Part shown: positions 51,115 through 60,275 of the stretch, piece after piece
Position numbering within the stretch: position 1 is the first letter of the stretch
Layout: each line of letters opens with the position of its first letter
IMG/VR virus record: IMGVR_UViG_3300050821_017570
Location: 96,001-160,000 of that record
Length of the DNA stretch: 64,000 nucleotides
Reading direction: 5' to 3' (one strand)
Source: a virus
The notes under the pieces: generated by a model
Told to the model about the DNA's origin: nothing
What the model saw: the letters and a program-made list of their open reading frames with translations, nothing else
The model's database searches: none
Position numbers and translations under genes: made by a program

Positions 51115-52726
51115 CAATCCACACCGGTTACATCGTATTTTCGCGGTAGTTGGGCGTCCAGGCTATTGCAAAATTGCCTCCGAGGTTGTTGGAGATGCTT
51201 GCCCTGACCGTGGATACGCTGACCTGGCCCGGCACCGGTACCCATGTCACACCAAGGAAGCCGCCTTCGCTAGCGCCATGTTGGCCTGCGAGGATCGCCT
51301 CAATGGTGAAGATCTGCATCCGCATGTCCGTACCGAACTAGCGAAGTTCGCTCACTTCTGGGGCATCGAGTCTGACGTTCAGGCAGGTGAGGTCAAGCTG
51401 GCGCAGGCACACCGTCAGGTTCCGGTGACCGAGCTTCCCGACAGTGACTTCGCGCTCGTGCAGATGCACAAGGATCAGAAGGTACGTAAGTACGCAAGTT
51501 TTGATGCTACATCGACTTACGACTCAGCCATAGCGTTCTACGAGAACCGCCATCGTTATCCACTAGCGTGGCGCAAGACTGCGGCCCAACAGCTGCTCTG
51601 GCGGGCCGAGCATTTCGGCCAAGGGCTGCCCGAGTACTGCAGCCAGTACCTTCACAAGGCGGCTGGCTATGCGATCCCGTCCGAAGACGCGATCGAGACG
51701 GCTATCGTCCAGCGCCTCAACCTTTCGGATCGTGAAGACACAGTCAAGCTGGCTGAGGCGCTCAATGGGTTGGCTGAAGACCCAGAGGCCCGATACGAGC
51801 ACAATCTGGTCGAGGAGATCGTCCGCCTGATGGACCAGCACGATCGCGACCACAAGATCGCTACCCACTATGGTAGTCGGCTTGGGCTGCCGGAAGAGAT
51901 CCTTGGTTGGACAATCAGCCAGATGGAGAAGGTCGCGGCCCAGCAGGCTCATTGGGTCACCCTAACGAATGGCCACGAAGTTGACGTCACCGAGATCCCG
52001 GCCGCCATATTGGCAGCTGTGGACCTTGAGGGCGCTAGCTGTCAGAAGCTGGCTGAAGTTCTTCCCACGCTTCCGGTTCCGGATGCAAACCTCCTGACCC
52101 GGCTGCTACCCAAGGTAGCAGCTATGCCGAATCCGACGGGTTTGGATTTCAGCAACGCCGGTGGGGCTGGTGCGCCCGCTATGGGGCCCGCATCGATGAC
52201 TCCCACGACCTCACCGTCTCCCAAGGTCGATAGCTTCAATACGGCGAGCAATGACGTGATGGCTCAGCTGGACAAGCCAGGTGGCCCCAACGGGACTGCG
52301 GGTAATACGCTGACGGATGCGAATTTCAGCCAGCAGACCCAGGGCATGGGCGCCAACCCGACCGCTACCTCAGCGGGTGCGTCTGGATCACAACCTCCGC
52401 TGGCCACGAATATTGGGCCCAATGGTGTGATGCCTGAGGGACAGTACTCGATGGGTGGCCAAAACGTCAACCTAGGTACCCCGACGGCCCCCACCGCGCC
52501 GACTCAGCCCGCGGGTGCGACCGCATCCGCGTCACCGACCGCTTCTCAGACCGCAGCGCCCGCTATGCCGGCCAGCACGGTTGGGCAACCCGCTGGTACC
52601 GGTATGACGCCTCCCAGCACGCCAGCTCCGGGGTCCACCATGGGTAGCTCGATGAGTGGGACCGGCATGGGTGGCACCACCACATCAACGACCGGTACGT
52701 CGTCCACGCCTAACAAGCCGATGTAA
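51104..52726 (+). CDS. hypothetical protein rich in K-x-A motifs with a long T/S/P/G/A/M low-complexity tail; possibly virion-associated
   Basis: 540-aa ORF; motif counted by hand. Confidence 0.75.
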   Translation: MSDINPHRLHRIFAVVGRPGYCKIASEVVGDACPDRGYADLARHRYPCHTKEAAFASAMLACEDRLNGEDLHPHVRTELAKFAHFWGIESDVQAGEVKLAQAHRQVPVTELPDSDFALVQMHKDQKVRKYASFDATSTYDSAIAFYENRHRYPLAWRKTAAQQLLWRAEHFGQGLPEYCSQYLHKAAGYAIPSEDAIETAIVQRLNLSDREDTVKLAEALNGLAEDPEARYEHNLVEEIVRLMDQHDRDHKIATHYGSRLGLPEEILGWTISQMEKVAAQQAHWVTLTNGHEVDVTEIPAAILAAVDLEGASCQKLAEVLPTLPVPDANLLTRLLPKVAAMPNPTGLDFSNAGGAGAPAMGPASMTPTTSPSPKVDSFNTASNDVMAQLDKPGGPNGTAGNTLTDANFSQQTQGMGANPTATSAGASGSQPPLATNIGPNGVMPEGQYSMGGQNVNLGTPTAPTAPTQPAGATASASPTASQTAAPAMPASTVGQPAGTGMTPPSTPAPGSTMGSSMSGTGMGGTTTSTTGTSSTPNKPM

Positions 52727-52729
52727 CCA

Positions 52730-53437
52730 GTGCACCACGCGTCGAACGAGTTTCGGCGGACGGCGGTTGAGTTCCTCTCCGGTAGATCACCTACCTATGC
52801 GACGGTGCTGGTGGGGATTTGTCTGAAGGCCTATGGGGCCGAAGCGTTGGAGTGGGACCCTCTCACGCTGGAGAGTCAGATCCAACAAGACTTTGGCGTT
52901 GAGATGCCAGACGAAGTGTATGAGCAGCTCTTCTGTCTGATCAACGTCATATCAACCGATACGGTCTACCACAGTGTTGCGGTATTTGATGCGACGGTCT
53001 CGCACCTCTGTCGATCCCAGCACCATGATACAGACGCACCATCGCCCTACGAGTTAGCATGGGCGTGTTTTGAGATCATGATCAATGATCCGGATCCGTA
53101 TGATCAGAAGGCAGATCATCCGCCGTTCAGCCACGACATTGCCCGCTACTGTGGAGTCGTGCTGGCTGACGCTGGATTCAAAACCAAGCCGATGACGTTA
53201 GGGTTCGCCAGCATGCCGCAGTGGGCGGCTAAGGATCAGTTGGATGATCCTGAGATGGAAAACGCAGCGATTGATTCCGAAACCGCCACGAGTGCGGATG
53301 TCGATAGGGAAGTAGAGAAGAATGCTGCCCAGCTGATCCAGGATCTCAAGACCCTGAAGATCGCTCCAGCACCCCTACTCCAGGAAGAAACAGACGATCT
53401 GCCTCAAGCAGATCCATTAGCTGGGATTGTTCCGTAG
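52730..53437 (+). CDS. acidic hypothetical protein
   Basis: Follows the previous gene after 3 nt. Confidence 0.75.
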   Translation: MHHASNEFRRTAVEFLSGRSPTYATVLVGICLKAYGAEALEWDPLTLESQIQQDFGVEMPDEVYEQLFCLINVISTDTVYHSVAVFDATVSHLCRSQHHDTDAPSPYELAWACFEIMINDPDPYDQKADHPPFSHDIARYCGVVLADAGFKTKPMTLGFASMPQWAAKDQLDDPEMENAAIDSETATSADVDREVEKNAAQLIQDLKTLKIAPAPLLQEETDDLPQADPLAGIVP

Positions 53438-53636
53438 CCAGTACGGCGGACGTCAGCAAGGTCCGATAGAGCGTGTCGGGAATGGTGGCGCGTTTCGGTT
53501 TTGGACAACTCGCACACGGCTTATCCATTTGGGCCAGATAAGCACGAACCGCATCCAGGCTCTTAAGTCGATTAGCCTTCGTGGTACTGGCCAACCGAAT
53601 AACGGTCTCTTTATTGAGGACAGCTTCTCTGGTCAT
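53346..53636 (-). CDS. small CxxC protein
   Basis: Start trimmed to MTREAVL (ATGA); CASC. Confidence 0.55.
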   Translation of the reverse strand: MTREAVLNKETVIRLASTTKANRLKSLDAVRAYLAQMDKPCASCPKPKRATIPDTLYRTLLTSAVLATEQSQLMDLLEADRLFLPGVGVLERSSGS

Positions 53637-54022
53637 GACGGGATCGTGTAGGTGGTTGACGGCCCGAGATCGTTTGCCAGACGATCCATCTCCAGACACA
53701 ACGTGTTGAGCTGAACCAACATGGTTTCCGTACACTGGACCGCAATGTCCTTGCTCGGATAGATCAGGTCGGCGACCGAGCGGCGCACAATCTGGCTGGC
53801 CGGATCCACCACATTGTAGATCCAATCGGCCAGATCGGCTGGCGAGCAGATCGCCTGGAGCGATTCCTGCTGTGGGCCAATCACCAGGAATCGGAACAGA
53901 CCCGGATCGGTGAAGCCGCTCACGACGCTGATGGTGAGGATGACACGATAGCCTTGCGAGGAGCCATCGACATAGCTGCCACTATCCTGGCGCGCCACAC
54001 TGATGGAATACGTGGTAGTCAT
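53633..54022 (-). CDS. hypothetical, probably structural, protein
   Basis: ATGA-coupled in the late cluster. Confidence 0.7.
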   Translation of the reverse strand: MTTTYSISVARQDSGSYVDGSSQGYRVILTISVVSGFTDPGLFRFLVIGPQQESLQAICSPADLADWIYNVVDPASQIVRRSVADLIYPSKDIAVQCTETMLVQLNTLCLEMDRLANDLGPSTTYTIPS

Positions 54023-54303
54023 TTGGTAGCTTTCGGCAAAGAACTTTTAAGCACCGGGAGCACGCCGGCCAGTCCTTCTGTCTTGAGGATCTTGTCCTGC
54101 ATCTGGAGTTGTATCTGTGCCAGACCGGCCGCGATCTTGCGTTTCTGGCACCCAACACATCCAGATAGGCTTACCTGATCCTGTAGCCGCTTGATCGCAT
54201 GGCGGAACGGCACCAGCTCTGGGGCCATCTGGTCCAGTAGGGGCGAGTCCAACAGCTTCAGTAACTCAAACGCCGTGTCGGTCATGCGGGTAGGACGCTC
54301 CAC
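54019..54303 (-). CDS. small CxxC protein
   Basis: GCVGCQKRK. Confidence 0.65.
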   Translation of the reverse strand: MERPTRMTDTAFELLKLLDSPLLDQMAPELVPFRHAIKRLQDQVSLSGCVGCQKRKIAAGLAQIQLQMQDKILKTEGLAGVLPVLKSSLPKATK

Positions 54304-55520
54304 AGCTTTGGCGTAGCGGGTGAATCAAACTCAGCTGATAGTGACACCGTGTCGCCGACACTCAAGACGGAATTGCTCGCATTGGTGAGCGTGTTGGCGG
54401 TTGGGTCAACCTCGGTGCCGGCGGTACCCAAGAGACCAAGTCCATCGTAGATCGGCACAACCGAACCCGGTGGGTAGGCGGTCGCACAGGGGCTGGTGGG
54501 ATCCGGCGTATGGTTCATCATGGTTCCGACCGTGAACCCGCTGGCGGACGATGCCGCACTACTGCTACCCGAACCCAGCACGGGAAGTGTGATGGTATCC
54601 GAAACAATGCTGATGCAGCTGTTGCCACTGAAGTTGTTGGTGACGGTTTGGACCCACGTGGGTGCACCCGTGGTAGCGGTGATGGTCCATTGGTTTCCCG
54701 ACGCCAGGGTAGCGGATGTGGTGGGGCCGAAGGTAACTTTCGCACCATGGGAACCAACCGAGATGCTGGAACCGGACGTTACCGAGTATGGACCGCCTCC
54801 GTCACCAGAAGGGCTTGACGTGACGGTGACCTGGGCGGCCCCGTTGGCCATTCCGGCCGTCGATACCGTCACCGTATACGTGAATGGCGTCGCACCCGTG
54901 TAGGTACCACTCGATGTCGGAACCGCCGTACCGGTGATACTGCCCACGGGCGTAGCAGCACCAACCGAGGATCCGGCCGGAATCAGGTTGATCGTCTTGT
55001 TACCCGGCAGGATCTGTGTGCAGGGGAAGACCACACTGGGGATGACTTCCAGCTGGCAGGTATCGCCGTTGTAGGGCTGAATCGTCAGACCCAAGGCACC
55101 TGTCGTGCCGGTCTGACTGGTACCAGGTTGCACCGACGGAACCGGACAGAGCGTACCCAGGCTGGGTGGTACCAACGGGACGACCGGTACAGATGCGGTC
55201 GCACGGGTCGCCCATGGGAGCGATAGCTGCGCTGGCGTGACGGTCGTGAAACTCCACGGCCGTGTGATACGAATCAGGTAGGGCGGAGAGTCAGTATACT
55301 GGTCGAGACAATTTCGATAGGGGGTCCAGGTGTCGACACACGTATCGGTATGACCGGCGGTTGGGTAGTAGGCCGGATCCGTCAGATCGGGTAGCGAACT
55401 CCGTGGTGGCACATCCTGGGCAGCCGAGATTGGCTGGCTCACCGGTGGTACCGTGATGTCTTCACGCGGATCCGTGATGCCGTCGATATCCGGATCAGGC
55501 GGATTAGGGGCTTCAGACAT
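54282..55520 (-). CDS. Thr/Ser/Gly-rich beta-stranded structural (tail fibre/baseplate-like) protein
   Basis: Start trimmed to MSEAPNPP; composition typical of virion beta-proteins. Confidence 0.65.
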   Translation of the reverse strand: MSEAPNPPDPDIDGITDPREDITVPPVSQPISAAQDVPPRSSLPDLTDPAYYPTAGHTDTCVDTWTPYRNCLDQYTDSPPYLIRITRPWSFTTVTPAQLSLPWATRATASVPVVPLVPPSLGTLCPVPSVQPGTSQTGTTGALGLTIQPYNGDTCQLEVIPSVVFPCTQILPGNKTINLIPAGSSVGAATPVGSITGTAVPTSSGTYTGATPFTYTVTVSTAGMANGAAQVTVTSSPSGDGGGPYSVTSGSSISVGSHGAKVTFGPTTSATLASGNQWTITATTGAPTWVQTVTNNFSGNSCISIVSDTITLPVLGSGSSSAASSASGFTVGTMMNHTPDPTSPCATAYPPGSVVPIYDGLGLLGTAGTEVDPTANTLTNASNSVLSVGDTVSLSAEFDSPATPKLWSVLPA

Positions 55521-56577
55521 ACGGAGCCAACAGGTCAAGATTCTGCGGGTTGACCACCAGGAGGAGTCGGTGACCACCCGGGTCACTGATGATCGAAACG
55601 TTCGAGCCAGCCGTCAGCGTAAGGGCTCCGTCGGTCGTATAGACCCCGTTGACCGATTTGACACAATCGATCGATAGCGTGCCGAGTTCGCCCGACGGAT
55701 AGGGCGCAGGTGACAACGCGGGTAATCCACAGAGCGTCTGAGGTACCGAAGGCGCATACTGGTATCCGAACACTAACGTGCCGGCAGTCTGATTACCTGA
55801 CAGGACGAGGTTGTAGCCGCCAAGGAACCCAAACCCTACCGACACACTGCCGTTGGTGGTTGCGTAGGCGGCTGGTGTTGGAACAAAGTCAGTCGGTGTG
55901 TTGGGCGTCACGGTCGTCACAATCGTACCGGTATCCATGGCCGTCACGACGTAGTCGACCGGCTGGGGGATAGCGATCATCGTGACCGCATAGGTGGTGG
56001 GATCGACGCTGGCCTGGGTCGTCACAGGGATGTTGGGGTACTCGACACACGCAAGCGTCTGAACCGACTCGCGTGTGACCGTGCTGATATTGCGTGGCGT
56101 GCCGTGGGTTTCCTGTTCGGTCGCTTTGACCGAACGAGGCATGTTGGCCACCGTCACGTTGAATGCCCCAACCGCCCCGGCCAACCGCACAACCGTTGGG
56201 TCGAGCGCTGCCGACATCGTGATCGTGCCGGGTGACAACGTGATGAGCGATGCGGTTGACCCGATGACTAGAAAGCCATAGCCATCCTGAGGCGAACTGA
56301 ATGATGCCAAGATCCGAGTCTGCTCAACTGTACTATCCGGGACCGTACAGGTGATGGCCAGTCCGATTGGCGTGACGAGAAAATGGAATATCGTCTGTCC
56401 AGACGAGCGGACCAAACTAACCAGCGTAACCACATTGCCGGCCTGGTATTGGTTTGACCCGATCACGATCTGTGCGTCGATCACGACGGCGTCACTAAAC
56501 GGAAGCGTAGCGGTCTGCACGAACGGAAACCGACGATAGAGGTTCTCAGTCAGGTACTGGTTGACCGTAACCGTCAT
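55513..56577 (-). CDS. structural protein, W-x3-N-x2-R-x-YP / SING paralog 5
   Basis: QYLTENLYRRFPF; KSVNGV. Confidence 0.75.
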   Translation of the reverse strand: MTVTVNQYLTENLYRRFPFVQTATLPFSDAVVIDAQIVIGSNQYQAGNVVTLVSLVRSSGQTIFHFLVTPIGLAITCTVPDSTVEQTRILASFSSPQDGYGFLVIGSTASLITLSPGTITMSAALDPTVVRLAGAVGAFNVTVANMPRSVKATEQETHGTPRNISTVTRESVQTLACVEYPNIPVTTQASVDPTTYAVTMIAIPQPVDYVVTAMDTGTIVTTVTPNTPTDFVPTPAAYATTNGSVSVGFGFLGGYNLVLSGNQTAGTLVFGYQYAPSVPQTLCGLPALSPAPYPSGELGTLSIDCVKSVNGVYTTDGALTLTAGSNVSIISDPGGHRLLLVVNPQNLDLLAPYV

Positions 56578-57317
56578 ACTGATCCCTCCACCAGCTGGAT
56601 CGTGAGCTGATCCTGCCCAGACGGATAGACCGTCACTCGGAACTTCGTCAACGTCGGGTCACTGAGGTTGGTCTGGAAGGGCATCGTGAGATTGATGTTA
56701 CCGTTCGGGTCAGGGGCCACCCCATTGATGGTCTGTAGACCACGCGTAGGGACGGTTCGCCCATTAAATGGGTCCCCAATCGCATCGAGTCGAACCTGTG
56801 ACCCACTGGCCGACAGCCAAAGCCCCGTGTCGGCCACCATGGTGACACCCGTAGAGGCGTTGAAGATCGATCCGTCGGGTAGCTGGAACCCAATGTTCCA
56901 GAGAGGATCCGACACAACCAGCAGGTGTGGGATGACTTGTACGTTCTGGAACGTGTGCACGCCAGGGGTCCAGCCGTTCACGATGATGGCGTTACCAGGG
57001 TCAACCAGCGCGATACCGGCGATGGCGGTACCGTTCAGGATGTTAACCTGACCGTTTGAGATGGTCGAAAAATCCGCCGTTCCCACCACCGTACCGTCTT
57101 GAAGCGTAAACGTCACCAGCGCTGCTCCGTTGGAGCCGCCGGTTGTGATGCTACTTAGGTAGACGTAATTAGTCGACTGGGCGACCAGAAGGTTGAGGTC
57201 CAGGAAGCAGTCATCGGGCAGAACAAACAGATCGGTCGATACGGCAGGTTCCGACCCCATGAACGGATACTGCTGTGACAGAAGCGAATCACTCCACTGT
57301 TGGTTCAGGACCCGCAT
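56574..57317 (-). CDS. structural protein, paralog 4
   Basis: QWSDSLLSQQYPF; QTINGVAPDPNGNINL. Confidence 0.75.
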   Translation of the reverse strand: MRVLNQQWSDSLLSQQYPFMGSEPAVSTDLFVLPDDCFLDLNLLVAQSTNYVYLSSITTGGSNGAALVTFTLQDGTVVGTADFSTISNGQVNILNGTAIAGIALVDPGNAIIVNGWTPGVHTFQNVQVIPHLLVVSDPLWNIGFQLPDGSIFNASTGVTMVADTGLWLSASGSQVRLDAIGDPFNGRTVPTRGLQTINGVAPDPNGNINLTMPFQTNLSDPTLTKFRVTVYPSGQDQLTIQLVEGSV

Positions 57318-58096
57318 GGTTCCCCCGCGTCCGAGATAGCGATCAGATTGTGGGCTCCAACCGCCGTCACACCCACCAGCGGATCAGTTCCGGTTTGATC
57401 GAGATTCAGCACTACCAGTGAGATGTCACCCGTCGTCAGCGCTGGTATAACCCCATTGATTGACGTGATGGGTTGGACGTTTGGATTACCTGCTGCAGGT
57501 TTCTCACATGCGGGCCATGCTTGCGTGTAGATGATTGGATCGTTAACGCTGAAAAAGATGACCGTCTGGTAGGCGGACGGTGAACCGATCGCAATACTCG
57601 CCTTTGAGATCGAAATGCCGTTTTGGCCACTCAGGCTGACGAGACCGTAGAAGGTACCGGTACCGCCAACCCCGCTCGCGTTGCTTGCCGTGCAGGTCAC
57701 CGGGTTGACTGCATAGTCGTAACTGATGAGGGCTGCGGAAACAAAACTGTATAGGCCGTCTACCCGGAGATTGTGTTGGTTGATACCCGAGCCGAATGTG
57801 ATGAATCCACTCACACCGGTTGGGGTGTTGTTGCTGATGATTGGGACCAGCGTATTGGGTGCATAGATTTGCAGGTTTTGTTTCAAACCTGTGAAATAGG
57901 CGACCGCCACCCCACTGATCGCCACAACGACCGATACCAGCAGTGGGGTGCAGGAGATCGACATCAACTGTAGCTGCTGCCCAAGCGCCAGTGGGGCGTG
58001 CACGACACAGTCGACGATGATGTTCGATGGAATCTGACTATCGTCGTTCCCCACCAGCGGATATGCAATTTGCTCGTTATCGCCGTACCAGGTCAT
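57305..58096 (-). CDS. structural protein, paralog 3
   Basis: TWYGDNEQIAYPL; TSINGVIP. Confidence 0.75.
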   Translation of the reverse strand: MTWYGDNEQIAYPLVGNDDSQIPSNIIVDCVVHAPLALGQQLQLMSISCTPLLVSVVVAISGVAVAYFTGLKQNLQIYAPNTLVPIISNNTPTGVSGFITFGSGINQHNLRVDGLYSFVSAALISYDYAVNPVTCTASNASGVGGTGTFYGLVSLSGQNGISISKASIAIGSPSAYQTVIFFSVNDPIIYTQAWPACEKPAAGNPNVQPITSINGVIPALTTGDISLVVLNLDQTGTDPLVGVTAVGAHNLIAISDAGEPCGS

Positions 58097-59373
58097 GATC
58101 CACCCATTACCACGAGAGGCGCCGTGCGGGTCAGCACGATCGTAGGGTTGCCACCTTCGGTAAACACGGTCGTCGCCGTAACGGTCCAGGTCCCGCTGGT
58201 CGGCAAGACGTTTGGCGGCACCACCGGATTCATCTGTACCTCAGCCGTAATGGTCGCGGTCTCATTGGGCCCCATGTTAAGTACCACGGGTACGGATGGG
58301 CTAGGTACGGTCGTAACGATTGGGGTGAACTGCTGGCCCGTCGTGAGGAACTGCTGGATAATTGCACTGTTGGGGACCGGCGAAAATGCGCTATCGAGGG
58401 ATCCGGCATCGATGATCAGGCTGACCGTGCAGGTAGCGGCCGTCGTGTTCGCCACCGCGATAACGATCTGGCTAAAGTAGGGGCGATTAAACGATCTGAC
58501 CCCAAGGTCAAAAAACCCAGGCGCCGACACGACGGCCCGCGAGGCCGCACTGGCGATTTCGATATTGGCCTGCGCGACCGCATACTGGTATCGATTGAAC
58601 TGGTCGGTCACGATGGCTGCAAGGTCGTAGAAGTACTTGGATGCTTCGGCCAGCCATTGATCGGTTCGCACCACGCGAGCTGAATCCACACACGGTAGAC
58701 AGAAGTCGGCAGCCACGAGCTGATAGTTGATCGCCGTCGGGCCCAACCGTAGACACGTATCGGGTGTGAGGCTGAATGAACCAAATTGGTCTGGTCCAAT
58801 TCCATTAATCGTGAAGACCTGCTGGTCACACGGAACGATCGCCCCAACCCCACTGGTGGGCCAACCAGCTGGTGGCGCGTCGCAATTAAAGCGTCCGTTA
58901 CCATCCTGGAACGCGACCGTAACCGTATCACCGGTTTCGGTGACGATACTGTAGTTGGGCAGACTCAACGTCACCGCGCCGGTGAGTCCGTTGATCGATT
59001 GTACGTATGGTGGGATGAGCGTGATGGCGGTTGGGACAAATGTGAGGGTTGTCGTTAGGTTTGTATAGGTCTGAAGCCCTACGGTACTGCAGATGAGCGT
59101 GCACCACGAGTCGTTCACCGTGTCGTGTGCGGTCAACGTGGTGAATGCCCCCGTTGTGGTTACGACGGCTGCGGTGGTTGACAGAACCGTGGTGACCCCG
59201 CTCATGATGACCACCAGGGCGTTGGTGAGGCTCTGCGGGGTGAATGTCGTCAGTGTGAGTGGGCCCTCGATGCCCGTCACGATACGTGCGTCCGCCACAA
59301 TGCCGGTCAATGGATCCGGTGTGCCATCGACGAACGGGTAGACCCGTTCGAGATTTTGCTCCAACCACTCCAT
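58093..59373 (-). CDS. structural protein, paralog 2
   Basis: EWLEQNLERVYPF; QSINGL and TINGIGPD. Confidence 0.75.
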   Translation of the reverse strand: MEWLEQNLERVYPFVDGTPDPLTGIVADARIVTGIEGPLTLTTFTPQSLTNALVVIMSGVTTVLSTTAAVVTTTGAFTTLTAHDTVNDSWCTLICSTVGLQTYTNLTTTLTFVPTAITLIPPYVQSINGLTGAVTLSLPNYSIVTETGDTVTVAFQDGNGRFNCDAPPAGWPTSGVGAIVPCDQQVFTINGIGPDQFGSFSLTPDTCLRLGPTAINYQLVAADFCLPCVDSARVVRTDQWLAEASKYFYDLAAIVTDQFNRYQYAVAQANIEIASAASRAVVSAPGFFDLGVRSFNRPYFSQIVIAVANTTAATCTVSLIIDAGSLDSAFSPVPNSAIIQQFLTTGQQFTPIVTTVPSPSVPVVLNMGPNETATITAEVQMNPVVPPNVLPTSGTWTVTATTVFTEGGNPTIVLTRTAPLVVMGGS

Positions 59374-60266
59374 TAGGGGGTACCGGTATAGTAGTTGTCT
59401 ACCTGGCGAAGCCCAGCTTCCAAGACCGCAACCTGGTTGGCCAGAATGGTCTGTGCGTCCAGAATGGTCGATGCGTTGGTGGCCAGCTGATCCAACTCAG
59501 GGCTCCCACAACAAGGGGTGGCACAATCGTCGGTAAGCGTGACCGCATTAGTGGCCGTACCGGTGGCCAGGCAACCAAGCCCCACCAGGGTGAGGTTTCC
59601 GGCTACCGGATCTGGCACCACCCCATTGATCGATTGGATCGGAACCCTCGTGGCCCCACCGCTGTCCGTGCACGGGCATGGATTGCCTACCACGATGGCT
59701 TCTTGGGTACCCACGATGATGCTCTGACCGGAAACCGTTACATTCGCGTACGGACCAGCCGCGATCGTGAGATTCCCGGTCAGAGTCTCGGCTTGGCCAA
59801 ACACACCCACGATGCTCAGCGAGCTAACCCCGATGGGCGCTACCACCACAACGGTCGGAAGAATCTGTGTGGCGGCTTGGAGGAAGTTCCACTGGCTGGT
59901 CGATGCCGACATGATGGCACCTGACGAACCAATCGTCATGGTACCACCGACTCCTGGGTTGCCAGGTAGGGGTGAAACCACGTATGTGGAATACTGGGTA
60001 AACCCATACCCAGGTACCGTAACGGTCGCTACGGCCCCAAAACCTTCACATGACAAGGTAATGACCACACCGGTCCCATAGGCGGTGGTCTGACTGACAA
60101 ACCATCCAACGAGTGAATACGTCGGAGGCGCCGAGATCTGAAGGTCGACAATCAGATCGTTCGGAAGCGTGAACGTGCTGGTCGTGTCGAGCCGTGTCGC
60201 CTCATCGAACAACGGGTATGACCGTTGAGAGTTCTCATCCAGCCATTGCTGATCGAGGATGTTCAC
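59373..60266 (-). CDS. structural protein, paralog 1
   Basis: QWLDENSQRSYPL; QSINGVVPDPVAGNL. Confidence 0.75.
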   Translation of the reverse strand: MNILDQQWLDENSQRSYPLFDEATRLDTTSTFTLPNDLIVDLQISAPPTYSLVGWFVSQTTAYGTGVVITLSCEGFGAVATVTVPGYGFTQYSTYVVSPLPGNPGVGGTMTIGSSGAIMSASTSQWNFLQAATQILPTVVVVAPIGVSSLSIVGVFGQAETLTGNLTIAAGPYANVTVSGQSIIVGTQEAIVVGNPCPCTDSGGATRVPIQSINGVVPDPVAGNLTLVGLGCLATGTATNAVTLTDDCATPCCGSPELDQLATNASTILDAQTILANQVAVLEAGLRQVDNYYTGTP

Positions 60267-60275
60267 GCCCTACTC

